Source: the human T2T-CHM13v2.0 reference genome, Homo sapiens. Taken from it: 64,000 nt of DNA. The DNA lies in assembly GCF_009914755.1 (NCBI RefSeq), contig NC_060933.1. The stretch is one strand, 5' to 3'. Positions 1 through 14,670 of this stretch are shown one piece after another. Both the position numbers and the translations under genes were made by a program. How positions within the stretch are numbered: the stretch's first letter is position 1; each line of letters opens with the position of its first letter. A model generated the notes under the pieces. The model saw only the letters and a program-made list of their open reading frames with translations. It made no database searches and was not told the DNA's origin.

Positions 1-462
1 ATTTGTATCTTCGTGGGAAATGTACCAGGCAAATCCATACTGAAATATGGCAGAATAGCTCTGTTTGGTTTGTTTAAATCAATATATTTGGAAAAAAACC
101 TCTCACCGAAAATACTACTAGAAACTCTTACTGATCCCTCCAACCTCCAGTCAAAATGAATAACTAAATAGATTTGGTTAGACAGTTATTGTGATAGAAA
201 AGAAAGGATAGGGCTATTTAGATTACATTCTTTACCAAAGTCTAAGTCAGAAAACTAGTGGTGGTTTGGAAGCAGTGGATTTTGTTCCTATCAAATTTAA
301 GTGTGGAGAACTATCAAATTTGGATCTCATGAAAAGCCATGACATCATTTAGGAGCATCCACTGAAATTTCTTCTCCCCAAGACAGATAGATTAGTTAGG
401 CTCTTCATAGACTCATATAACTCTAAAATTAAAATGAAAGAAAAATCAAATATCAGGATTAG

Positions 463-817
<355 letters not shown>

Positions 818-1454
818 AACTCACTCAATTCTTAAATGCCTTATACCTCACTCTTGCAGGCAGTTACAAAGCCGGGGATTGAACACTTCTACAGACGGGA
901 AGCTCATGACCACATGAGATGTTCATTCCATCTTTGGATAGGATATTAGAAAGTTTTTTTCCTTATATGGAAGTAAAATTTTCTCCTTAACCTTTTTTCT
1001 ATAAGCTTTCAGTCTCCTGAATAGAAGGTTAATAATAACAGCAAATATTTCAGCACTTATAATACAGCAGGCAACGCTCTGAGCATATCACAGGGATTAA
1101 TTTATCAATTCCTCAAAATAATCATTTTGGACAGGTTAATAATGGTATTAATATCATTCCCCAATCTACATATAGAAGACTGGGGTGCAGAGAAGTTAAG
1201 CAAGACTACGTGCTTTAAAAATATTTGATCCAGCAGTTGGTTAGGGATACTGACTCCAGAGCCCAAGTTCTACCCTTGAATAACCCAAAGATTGGGTAGT
1301 CCAATCCTTGAGAGCATTTGAAAAGAGTCATTGGGCTGCCCTCTGATAATTCTAATAGAAAAAGAAAACTATTGCTTTTAACCTCATCTATTAATGAGAT
1401 ATTTAAACTATGTATTAACTCTAAAGAAAGTATTACTTTTTCAAAGATACACTG

Positions 1455-1746
1455 TTTTGTTTTTGTTTGGAGACAGGGTCTTGCTCTGTCACCTAGGCTA
1501 GAGTGCAGTGGTGTGATCACAACTTACTAGAGTCTCCACCTCCTGGGCTCAATGGATCCTTCTGCCTCAGCCCCTTGAGTAGCTAGGACCACAGGCAAGA
1601 GCTACCATGCCTGGCTAATTTTTGTATTTTTTGTGGAAATGGAGTCTCATTATGTTGCCCAGGTTGGTCTCAAACTTCTAGATTCAAGTGAGTCCTGCCT
1701 CAACCTCCCAAAGTACTGGGATTACAAGTGTGAGCCACTGTGCCCT
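1455..1746 (-). mobile_element. AluJ SINE
   Basis: Diverged reverse Alu (gacagggtcttgctc...gtgagccactgtgccc). Confidence 0.88.
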
Positions 1747-2084
1747 CCAAAAATATGTTTTAAGCATATTTATTACTAAAGGATGCAATTTATATGAAAC
1801 TTACAATATGACATTAGAACTGAGAGCCATCTGCTTATGTAGGCCTGTGTTTTCTACTGCAACAAAATTTTTAAAAAGCTCTTGTTCTCTGTCAGGAGTA
1901 ATAAGGAACCTTGTGAAACAGATGACCTGTGGGTTCTCCATTCTGGATGAATGTTACAACACCTGAGGGTGCATTTTGAAAAATGACCCCCAGGCCTGCC
2001 AGTGCTCACCTCTCCCCTGAGATTCTGGTCCAGATAATCAGGAATAGGGCCACGCTTCAGTAGTTTTTCAAAGTTGCCTAAGTG

Positions 2085-2411
<327 letters not shown>

Positions 2412-3106
2412 CTAGACATGGTTCAGATTGCAAACCTGTAAAAGGCCACATGGCTAGTAGGAGGCAAAAGATGAGACTGAGACTGGAACTCAAGTTTTAT
2501 GACTTAATAATCTGGAATTTTTTCCAATGCGTGTTATTGTCAGCATCTCTTCTTTACACCTAGTCCCTTAAAAATAAAAAAAATAGCCCTTTGCAGTGAA
2601 AAGGATGCACATGTGAGTGAACATAGAGAAAAGCTAGTTTTAAGGCTGCTTCAGGTTTGAACTACTCAGAACCTGCTAATTTGTGGGAGTGGGGGTGGGG
2701 TGGGGAAGCAGAATAACAGATCTATCTCTGCTGTGTTAGGACTTCCCCTCCTTGATTTTGCCGTCTGACACATAAATTAGTATGTCCCAGGACAGCCCAA
2801 CTTCACTAACTTCACAGAAACATTCTATCATGTCTTAGGTCCTAATGAATCATCTATCCATGAACGTCCCTTTTTATATGGGCACGCATGAACATCATTT
2901 TCTAAGGAGTGCCTTCGGGTGGTTCTTACCTTAATTCAACTCCTTGCTGAGTTTTACCGGCCAAACACTTCCTGTCTTTCTTTTGAATGCTTGTGGAGCT
3001 ATGGTGGCAGTTTGTACACTTGCTTTGCATTTGACCAGTTAGGTAGGACGTTTCCTAAGTCCATCACCTTAGCTCTTAAAATTTCATTAAAACTTTATAT
3101 CCTTCC

Positions 3107-3455
<349 letters not shown>

Positions 3456-4121
3456 TTATCGCTCTTTTTAATATCATTACTAATTTATCTTTTTTATTCA
3501 TTCGACGATTAAACAGATACTTATTGGAGGACTTCTGTATTCCCAAACCCTGATTTATTTTTCTTTAAGGTGCTTTCTCAAAACATGAAATCACACTGTA
3601 TATTTAATTGTTTATGTGTTTGCTATTCGTCTCCCCTGCCCCCAGCACAGCAACAGGGACTTTATCACGTTCACACCATATCTTTGATACCTAAAGCACT
3701 GGCTCATTCACGGTAGATGGATACTTACTGAATGAGTGAAGAAATAAACAAATGAGTAAACGAATGAAAAAAAGATAAACCGATGGAGAGAGAGAATGAG
3801 GGAGGGAGGAATGGATGGCTGGATGGGTGGTTAAGTGAACACCATGTGCCACTCTGGGGATATAAAAAAAAATACTCAGCTTCCTGCCCTAAAGAATTTG
3901 TGGCTAAGCATTCAAGAAGCTACACTGTCTAGTGGGGGTGTGGACAAAGAACGCTGGGAGGAGAGGGCAGGAATCTAGAAGCCTGCCTTGAGGAGTCAGG
4001 GAAGGCATTCAAGGGGCAAGAAGGGGTCTTATTAAAATGCAGATTCTGATTCAGATACCTCGGGGAGAATCTGGATTTCTCACAAGCTTCCAGGTAACGC
4101 TCAATCTGCTGCTGACCATAC

Positions 4122-4424
4122 TTTGTTTTTGTTTCTGTTTTGAGTCAGGGTCTCACTTTGTCACCCCAGGCTGGAGTGCAGTGACGCAATCTCGGCTCAC
4201 TGCAGGTCGACTTCCCTAGTTCAAACGATTGTCTCGCTTCAGCCCGCCAAGTAGCTGAGACCACAGGTGCACGCCACCACGCCCCGGTAAATTTTTGCAT
4301 TTTTAGTAGAGACAAGGTTTTGCCATGTTGTCCAGGCTGATCTTGAACTCCTGAGCTTAAGTGATCCACCTGCCTCGGCCTCCCAAAGTGCTGGGACTAT
4401 AGGCGTGAGCCACCGCGCCTGGCC
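4122..4424 (-). mobile_element. Alu SINE
   Basis: Reverse Alu; catactttg occurs on both flanks. Confidence 0.9.
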
Positions 4425-6100
4425 AGGGGATCATACTTTGAGGAGCGAAACTTTCAAATAATTTCCTGGTGGTCCTTCCCTTTCACCTCCTACCAACCAC
4501 CAGCTTTGGCTACTAAGAAAGTGAAAGTAGATGAAAAATATTTAAAATTAACAAACCTCAGCTCTTCACAGAGCCATTTTGATGAATATCTGAAAATCCC
4601 CCAACTAATGAGAGGTCATGTAAGTGCATATGTCAAAAGGAACTGCTTTTTTAAGATAAAAAATTACTCTTGATTTAATGTATTCCACATTTATCAGTGA
4701 CTTACCCTAACGTCTCTTCTAATCTGCATGAAAACGTCTCTGTATATCCTGGATCACTTACGGCACCCAGGAACTGTGAAGCTGGCCTAAACCAGTCCCT
4801 GGCAGCTCTCCTCTTTGAATTGGTAAACCCCTGGGAGCTGCCTGTATGGCTCACTGGCCAGATGGCGCTGCTTCCCCATTCTTTCCAGAGTTGCATGGCT
4901 GTCGCAACTAGGAACCAGGCGCTGGCTTTCCATCCTAACATTTGAATGCTTCCTCCATCAGAACAGCTGCATTCTCTTTGCCAACACATGTGTTTTTCAA
5001 AATCTCATTAGACATCTAACATTTTCAGCCAGATTGTGTCCTGAAGGCACTGTGGCCTCCCAGGAGGATTCCCTGAGTCTGGAAAAGGTACTAGGATGAG
5101 GAAAAGGCAGGTTATTAAAAAGTGGGAAACAGAGGACCTGCTTCAAGTCTGCAAACCTTTGTCATGGAAGCAAAATGGATGTTTCACGCCAAGTGTGAGA
5201 AAGCCTCCATCACCAGGGACAGGGGGGTGCCTTGATGCTTGATGCTGTTCCCCACCCACCCTGCCCGTGCCCTGCCCCCCCGTGATACTTAAACTGCAGT
5301 ATTTGCAGCATTTTTGGGGGGCTGGAATAGCCAATGCAAGCAAAGTGTTTAATCAGTATTAATCTCCCAGAATGTCACTGTTACCAGCTATCAATCTGCA
5401 TAAATTCTACTGCAAAACTTTAGGAAGAAATGCTATTCAGAGCAAATGATGCATCAAATTCAAACAGGCCATCAAGACTGCTAATGGATTTTAATAGCAG
5501 CTATTACAGCATAATAGTATTTTCCCAACAGCTGTTTGTTGATACAATTCTGCATTTACAGGACCTTTATATCCAATCCCAGGAGATGGCTCACCATTCA
5601 TTTATAATCATTTGGTTCCACCTACAAACAAATGCTACTTTATTTGCATTTGGAGATTGTGAATGGTCTGCAGATCTGACCTACTCCCACCTCATTCAAT
5701 GAAACCAGCAGCGAATATTACAAGCTAGATTAATTAGTTAATATTTAGATGTACTAACTACTGCCAGAAAAATACTGTCAACTGGCAAACTCAAAGAGAA
5801 GCTTTTTTTGATTGCTTGGCTGCATTCTGAGTCATGTTAGTTTTGAAAACTGCTTTTTACTCGTATGTAAATGAGTAAAGGGCCTAAACTAGGATTCAGA
5901 CTGAAATTTCAGAAACTAAAGCATCTATAAACCATTCTAAGTTTTTCTGCTTGAGATGACTAATATTAGAGAATGCCAATAAATCACTGCCAGAGTGAAG
6001 GGCTCAACTGGTAATAATTGCGATAATAACTGAAGTGAGGAAGAATTTATTAATGAAGCTCAAAGCTTTGTTTCTTGTGGAATGGTCAAGAGATTACAAC

Positions 6101-6295
6101 AGGCCAGGCATGGTGGCTCATACCTGTAACTCCAGCATTTTGGGAAGCAGAGGCAGGGAATCACTCGAGACCAGCCTGGGTAACATGGAGAAATCCCATC
6201 TCTACAAAAATTAGCTGTACATGGTGGCATGCATCTATAGTTCCAGTGACTCAGGAAGCTGAGGCAGGAGGATCCCTGGGCCCCACCCAAAAAAA
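6101..6295 (+). mobile_element. Internally deleted AluJ fragment
   Basis: GGCCAGGCATGGTGGCTCA...gaggcaggaggatc. Confidence 0.8.
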
Positions 6296-6924
6296 GAGAG
6301 ATTAGAATAGATCCCGAAAGTCTTAGTGCAGTTTTAAGCTTTAATGACTTCAGAAACATGCATACTAAAAACTTACATAAAACATCATTTGAAAGTTTGT
6401 TTTCATTCCTTTTATACTGATTTAGTTCTGTGAATTAAAAAATTTTTTAAATAATAATTTTTTCTTCTGGTTAACCTTTGCTATCTTCAATCAGGAGACT
6501 ATAACAAAATAGAAAGTTCAAAATACATTATTCAAAACTTATAAAACTAATAGAGTAAAAGAGATGAAAATAACTAAACTTCCAAAAGCAGCGTTTTGTA
6601 AGCTTATAGTATTTCTATATCTGACAGTATTAACGCATAAAACTGCACTGAGGCTTTTGGGACCAACTGTGTAGAACTTAAATAAATGCAAACTTGGTGA
6701 AACTAAGAAGTAATGCTGAAGTCACCCTCCTGTCCAGCCATGGGTGGTATGGTTCTTAAAGGAATCTGCATGCATAACTCCTAGTATTTTCAGTCCAGGA
6801 GGTGCTGAGGGGTTTCCTTGCTTAGTGCTGCAGAGAGTTGCAGAAGAATCAAGTGGGAATAACAATGATAGGAAATAATTGCTCTGTTGAATCAGGGTGT
6901 CTGGTTGTTATATCTTTAAAAAAA

Positions 6925-7077
6925 TTTTTTTTTTTTTTTTTTAGACAGAGTCTCACTGTCAGTTAGGATGGAGTGCAGCACCGTGATACTAGCTCACTGC
7001 AGTCTCAAGCCTCAAGGGCTGCTCCCGCCTCAGCCTCCTGAGTAGCTGGGACTACAGGCAAGCATCACAATGCCCAG
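6925..7077 (-). mobile_element. AluJ/FRAM right-arm fragment
   Basis: Poly-T then agacagagtctcac...gggactacagg. Confidence 0.8.
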
Positions 7078-7688
7078 ATGAATCACGGTGTTTGGAAAGG
7101 ATGCAGGCATTTTCTACCCCACAGAACTTTACAATCCATACAAGCATTTCTCTCTACATTATCACATTTAACCCTCAACACAATCTGGATAGGTGGATAA
7201 GAAGGCTGAAACCACAGGAAATTTTTGTGATGGGTCCAGGAAAAAAAAAATTACGGGTAGCAAATGGCTGTGAATTTAAAGTCAAAGCTTCTGATCCTTT
7301 TCTATTCCATGATCACCCTTGACCAGGGGAACTGGTCCAGGCAACGTAGTCTAGGAGGGGCTCAGGGGGTTCAGACAGGAGCAGATCAGAAGGTGGCAAA
7401 TAGGGACAAGAACCTAAGGTCTGCTCTGCTCCAGTGCAAAGCAGGTGTTTGCTGGAGAAGCAGACTTCATACTGGAAGAAACAAGCCCCTTTTAGCTGGT
7501 GGCCACTGAGCTGACTGAGTTACAGTCCCCTCGAGGTAGAGTGTTCAGCCACAGAAGCCTTGCCTGCTCACCTCCCCGTCTGGGTCTCCCTCCCTGGAGA
7601 CCACCATTTGAGGTGTAATGGAAATAGTGCATTTGATGCCTGCCTCTGTCACAGAGTTTTTGTGTGACTGTGAACTCATACTTACCTC

Positions 7689-8436
7689 TGATACAAACAG
7701 GAAGCAGGGAGATACTGGGTAGAAGAGGGCAGTTCCCTTACCCCACCCTCAATCCTGGAAACCCGTATCCCTAAATGGGAATAAGCATTCCTGTTTTCAC
7801 ACCCAAATGTTGCCTTTTGGCCCACCACGCCCTGCTATCCTGTGCCCACACAGACCCCAAACCCCAGGCTCCATGAGCAGATGAGCAGAAGAGCAGAGGG
7901 ACAGCAGAAGAGCAGCGTGGCAGAGAAGGAGAGAAGAAAAGGAGTGTCTGAACATCGAGAGGACTTTGGCTGGGGTCATTTGGAGAGGAGAGTGGCTGAA
8001 CTCCAGGGGAAGATCATCTTCCCACTCCATTCCCTTTCCAGCTCCCCATCCATCCTGCTGAAAGCCATCTTCGTCTGGCAATAAAATCCCCCACATTTAC
8101 CATCTTTCAATTTATCCATGTGGCCTGATTCTTCCTGGATGCTGGACAAGAACCCAGGTACCAAGAGGGCACTGAGCTGGTTAACACTTAAGCCATCTGT
8201 GGACTGCAGAGTTAAAAGAGCACTGTAGCATGCCCACTGGGGCTTTGGGAGTCACAGGCACCCAGCCCTAGATGCTACCACGGGGCCGGAGCCCAGAAGC
8301 ACTCGCCCTGGCTCCTGCACCTGCCCATCTGCGTGCTCCTCCTCCCATAAGGGGTTTGAGCACACAGCTGCCAAACAGATGAGCCACACCCCTGTCACAC
8401 GTCCTGCGAGGGCAGTCAGGGAATTCTCCAGTTTCA
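7689..8436 (+). mobile_element. ERV1 solo LTR (LTR1-like)
   Basis: TGATAC...GTTTCA termini, internal AATAAA near 8080, 4-bp TSD cctc/cttc; 5' end resembles the LTR1 family (GGGAGATACTGGGTAGAAGAGGGC). Confidence 0.82.
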
Positions 8437-9231
8437 CTTCCTTTGTACACTAACATAATAATAGTTATCCCCTACAATTTAAATAAATTAGTTTAAAAAG
8501 CTGGTGCACTTGGCAAAGAGCTTGTCCATTGGCTCTAATCTGGCTCCTTGGTGTAGAAACAGGGCTGCCTTCCTCTTCCCTGGGTACCTGGCAGTTGGGG
8601 TCTGTTGATGGTACTGCAACCTGAGCACCCGGCACACAGCAGGCACTCCGTATATGTTTCTGAATGAATGGATGGATATCAAAACCATACTCACATTTTC
8701 TCCATCACACACCAGCTACTTCCCTGGTACCCTTTTGTCCATTACTGATGCTATAGGATATTATTTCTATCATTTTCTTTTCCTCATCACCTAGGGCAGA
8801 TATTTTGGAGTCACCCTTGATATCACTGCTCCCCCATATCAGTACCAAAGATTCTTCTCTTTTTCTCTAATCTACTGTTTCCCTTCTTACTTTAATAATT
8901 CCAGGTCACATGCTTATGACTTGTATCCAAAACCATTAGAATAACCTCACTGCTCTTCCTGACATCTGTTTACCCTGCATTAGTCCACACTACATGCTGC
9001 ATCCAGATTAATCATCCTAACTATGACCATGATTTTAGCCAAAAGCCCCCCAAAAGGAACAGGTATCACAGTATTCCACATCACAGCCACGTCCTACCTC
9101 TCCACCCTCATCTTCTATGTGTCCTTCTAGACTCACTCTACTTCAACCAAGCCGAAAACCCTGGCTCTCTACATGCATCTTAGATTTACTGCATTCATGC
9201 CTAGCAAGAAACCTGTACATGTCCAGACTCG

Positions 9232-9552
<321 letters not shown>

Positions 9553-11569
9553 TTAATCCAACCAAATTTAATAGAATTGCCTGAATCTTTATGCTGAAAA
9601 ATGAATCTGAATTAGAAGCCTCATTTGGGGAGTTTAAATCTACCTCATGCCTTTCTTCCTCCTCCACCATTGGTCCTGTCTTCTGTGAGATTGCTGCCCC
9701 ATCTTTTTTTTTCTTGAGTCATAATACACAAACTGGTCAGAAGTGGAACACACCATCAAGGAAGGGGTGATGCATCTGTGAGGAACAGTCACCTATATTT
9801 GTGTAAGTCAGACAATTCTCATTTGATAAAATGGTGTCGACAAAAATTAATCATCTATATACCTCAAGTCTATGTTTAGGGGCCTTTAATCCCCAAATAA
9901 CAAAAGACTTAGTCAATTTAATTTGTAAGAATTCTACTTTTGTAGACCTGAACTGGATACAATTTTATCTCTGGACATCAAAGCCCGGGGTCAAATGATT
10001 GCTTTTCTCTTTTGCTGGGAGTTTTTGTTGTCATGTTTTATACTTTAGACATTTTACTTTTGGTCACTAGGTGGCTCTGAATTTCCATTAGAAAGTGAAA
10101 GTCTTTAGAAAACACTGGAAAACATACATAATTTTCACCAAATAATTTTAAAATACTTCATTCAACAATGATTGACTTGAGAATATTAATCAAAGTTTAT
10201 CAAAAGACCCATAAACTCCAAATAGCACTCTGTCAATCTATCTTATGTAGATTTTGAGATAGATTATTTATAGCTTTACATGAATTATAGCTTTTGCATT
10301 GGTTATAGGTACAATTTTTAAATGATTCATAAACTCTGTTCCAAATAATGCCACTCTGGAGCTATATCATATTATGTATCATGTATGGTCAAACAACTGG
10401 GTCCGTCATATTTAAAAGACAACTTCAAAATACTGTCATATAACTTTAATGGCTTTAAAGTCTTTCCTAAGTGTACTTTAGCAGCCTCCAATGCATCTGG
10501 TGCCAACTCTGAAATCATTTTTAAGGTTAGCAATTTTAAACAAAAAGAATGGTTAGAACAAGGACCTTTAGCCAGTTTGGAAGTCACCAACAGTTTCCTT
10601 CTGTTGTTGGAAAAAGTGATTTCTTTGCCCTGAGTTCTACAACAACCATTAAATGTGCTGCATTTGACTCCTGTAAAGATTTAACTTTTTTCCAAATCTT
10701 TAATGACAATACTCTCTGTTATTTCATCAAAAAGTGTGTTAACATAGGAAGAAGTGATCCAAAGTCATTTCCGGATAACCTATTAATAAGGGAGGCAGGA
10801 ATGGCGGTTGCAGAAATGTGCGCAGAGAGAGCAACTACCATGGGAATAATCCAGATGGCGGTCTGCTTGGCTCGAACTTTCTGGAAGAGGCCCATCTTTA
10901 AAATGCTTAATACCACTTTTTACTATAGATTCCACACATGTTCATTTCTTAACAAACTCTGAGAGAGGTGGTGAGATACTCTTGCAGTAATTTTACCCCC
11001 AGCCCCCTGGACCATCCTTTTCAAACTCTCCAAACTCTCCACGTTTCTTTTTACATGTTCAAAATGCAGGCAGTGTAGAATGACTGTCTGTGGCTCCTCC
11101 AGTCCTAGCTCTTGTATGGAGGCGGAGGTCCCTACATACACGACCACATGAGATTGAGCTCCAGAGTCAGGCCCTTCGCCATGAGCATGGCTGTGGACAC
11201 GTAAGGAGCCTCAGTGGCTCCACAACTTGGCAATCTTAATCCAAACAAACCAGGTAAAACGTTTTTAGTTGGACTCAAGATAAATCCCAGGCAGAGCAAT
11301 CCTCAAAAGAAACCAGCAAACTGGATATTTGGTTTCTGATTTACAATTTTTTTAAAACAGACAAAATAGCTTCCTTCACTCCCCACTGTGTCTTTGGCTC
11401 CAACCTCATTGAATGGTTGCCATTTCTGAGACACATCCTCTACCGCAAACCTGCACTCCTCCCACCTCGTGCACCATCTCCCCTTCTAGCTCCATCTGGC
11501 AATGTGTACTTTTCCTCAAGTCCTGTGTCAAACGATGTGAAGACTGAGGTCTTCTTCTGGTCGGGGCAG

Positions 11570-11800
11570 CATTATAGCATCATGACAAAAAGCCCAGGTG
11601 CTGCCTGCACTGGAAGTCAAGTCAATTACTGGTCATGAGATCTTGAGCAAGTTACTTAATTTCAGTTGCCACATCCATAAAATGGGATCATAGCAGGACT
11701 ACTGGTGTCACAGAGTTACGTGAGGTTTAAATAAGTTACCTTAAAGGACTTAGTACAGTACCTGGTATACTATGTGGCTTAAGTATTAATAGGCTTTGCA
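11570..11800 (+). mobile_element. MIR SINE
   Basis: MIR core (tcttgagcaagttacttaat...cataaaatgggatcatag...tagtacagtacctgg). Confidence 0.7.
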
Positions 11801-12399
11801 GTAAGTGTAGTCATCTAAGTGAGCCATAACAAGCATAGGCGTGCTTCTGGGAGTGCTCACCCCAAGTCTGAATTAGACGCAACTACTCTCTACTCTCCTG
11901 GAGAAAACATACTCGTAATACCACTTCAAACACAAGCTGGTGGTGTACTTGCCCAGTTCTACCAATGAACTGGGATGACACAAAAGTAATGAACAGATGA
12001 AGTTTCATATCCCCCATCCCCAAGAGAGGATCTGGTGTCGTCTATTTAGCTTCCTTGCCTCTCCTGTGCTCTCTGAGGACTGAGAGATTAAAAGCCACGT
12101 TGGTGGATACTGCAGAAGAGCAGGTGGGGAGGAGAATGGTATGGCAGTGACAGGAAGTGCTGGGAGGCCCAATATGGAGAAGGAGAGGGGTAGTGGGGAA
12201 GAGGGAGTGGGATAAAGGGCATGGGGAAGCATGGGGAAGAGGGAGCTTTCTTCTGTGTTTAGACAGTTGAGAGGTGCCCATGAGTCAATAAATAAAAGAG
12301 GAAAGGAAATTTAATGAGTTGCCATGGACTAAGCACTTCGATTGAGTTACACTGTTTGAAAGATATTAGTAAAGATGGGAACTCACATTTGGACAAGAC

Positions 12400-12861
12400 T
12401 TCACTAGAGGAGCACCTTCAGAATTGACCTGTGGATCTCAACTTCGTTAGGGTTAAAAGATTATTTGTTGGGCAAGGGTAGGACCAATAACCTCATTCAC
12501 AATGCATTCATTGATTCGTTGATTCACAGAGCAAATACTTCTGAACAACTCCTGTGTTTCTGGCACTGTTCTAGGCACCAGTGATATAGGAGCCAACAAG
12601 ACAGACATGTCACTGCTCTCATGGAGCTGCATTTCAGTGCATGGAGGCAGAAAACAAACAAATAAATAAATAAATAAATAAATAAATAAGATAATTTTTA
12701 ATAGCAACGTGTCAACATAGTGTGACGGGAAGGAGCATGATGAGACAGAAGGAAGGTTTAAACTGGGAAATCTGAGAAATGGTATGGTTGTATGTGGGTT
12801 GGCATTCTTGCATGATGGGAGTGGCCACCTGCTTTCATATTCTGAAGTCAGAGTGTTCCAG
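12400..12861 (+). promoter_or_regulatory. PCA3: PCA3 proximal promoter (no obvious TATA box, CpG-poor)
   Basis: Lies directly upstream of exon 1; contains the TAAA STR; no CpG island. Confidence 0.7.
12663..12686 (+). repeat. (TAAA)6 promoter microsatellite
   Basis: Six TAAA units followed by TAAG, about 180-200 bp upstream of the TSS. Confidence 0.95.
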
Positions 12862-12981
12862 ACAGAAGAAATAGCAAGTGCCGAGAAGCTGGCATCAGAA
12901 AAACAGAGGGGAGATTTGTGTGGCTGCAGCCGAGGGAGACCAGGAAGATCTGCATGGTGGGAAGGACCTGATGATACAGAG
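12862..12981 (+). ncRNA. PCA3: PCA3 exon 1 (120 nt from the classical TSS)
   Basis: Recognised cDNA 5' end; ends ATGATACAGAG|gtctgt (weak donor). Confidence 0.95.
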
Positions 12982-14326
12982 GTCTGTAGGCCATGGGAAT
13001 GGGTTTGGAATTTTATTCAAAGAGCTATGGGAAGTGACTAGAAGGTTTAAAGTTGGGGAAGAGGTTTTGTGTTTCTGTTATATTTGTGTTTTATACAAAT
13101 TACTCTGGTTGCTGTGTTGATAGGACAGCAGAAGGGTAGGAGCAGGGACACCAGTTAAGTTATTGCAATGGTTAAGGTGAGAGGTGGTGGCTGGGCCTAG
13201 GCCTTTTTGGAGTGAACAAGCTATTTGCTTGGCTTCCATGATCCTTCTCCCTCCACTGGAATGGAAGGTACTTGATATTAGAGATTTTTGTCTGTTTCAT
13301 CACTACTGTAACCCCAATGTCTACAACAGACTCTGGCACATAGAAGACACTTGTTTAATGTTGCTGACTAACTATACTGAGAGAGAAGAATGATGCAGAG
13401 CAGATTTAGAGAAAAAGTCAAAGGTTCTGTTTAGCACATGTTAAATTTGAGATACCCATTAGATATTTAAATGGAGATATCAAGCAGGCAAGTTAGAGAT
13501 ATACGTTTTGAGTTCAGTAGCAGATGTACATTTGTTGGGGGCGTGACATTAACATATAACCACTTAGAGTGGACATGCAGTTAGAGAAAAGTCAATGAGC
13601 TGGAACCAAGCTGGGAATTCCAACATGTAGAAGTTAAACACAAGAGGAGGAGCCAGCAAAGGAAACAGAAACAGAGCTTCCAGCAGGTGGGGGGCATTTG
13701 GAAGAAAACGATGCCATAGAAGCCAAGATGAAATAGACATCAAGGAGAAGGAAGTAGTCAATTGTTTTGAATGCTATGAAGAAAGATAAGAATAGGTAAA
13801 TAGTCCTTATATTTGATAACAGAGGTCACTAGTGATCTTGATGAGGGGTTTCAATAGAATGGTGGGATTATATACCTCCCTGGATTCAACTGAGGTAAGG
13901 AAGGCATACAGAATAGAGACAGGCACTATAAACAGCTCTCATAATTGCATTCTAGCAATTAGCACACTGTCTGATGGGGAGGTGGCTCAATCTTTCTTGC
14001 ATAACTGAATGAATGAGTAAACTATCTATCCATCCATCTATCCATCCATCCCTCCACCCATCCTTCCCTCCATCCATCCATGGGGTTTGAGCCTTCAAAT
14101 GTAGAAGGCACAGCCTTATCTAGTGAGAAGACATTTGGATTAGGAGTTAAGAGACAGAATCATACATCCACAGTCACTGTTTAGCTTTCTGAACTTGTCC
14201 AAACCAGTGCTTTTCTGGGACTCACTTTCCTTATCTATGAAATGGAGAGGTTAGTTTAGATAACCTCTAAGATCCAGCTTTAAAATTCTTGACTGAAGGC
14301 CTAACCTTTAGAAATATCTCGTTAGA

Positions 14327-14670
<344 letters not shown>

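Larger units (their letters stand above)
12500..13930 (-). mobile_element. L2 LINE relic (fragmented) containing the PCA3 promoter and exon 1
   Basis: Starts with a reverse-complement L2 3' end (cattcattgattc...caaatacttctga...tggcactgttctaggc), then typical antisense L2 text (ggaattttattc, ttactctggttgctgtg, ttaaatttgagata). Confidence 0.7.

Noticed and set aside
10372-11147. Cluster of overlapping ORFs as a possible processed pseudogene
   Set aside because: No recognisable protein in any frame, and no poly-A tail or TSD.
12400-13000. Full androgen response element in the PCA3 promoter
   Set aside because: I found no convincing AGAACAnnnTGTTCT-type palindrome by eye; a PWM scan is needed.
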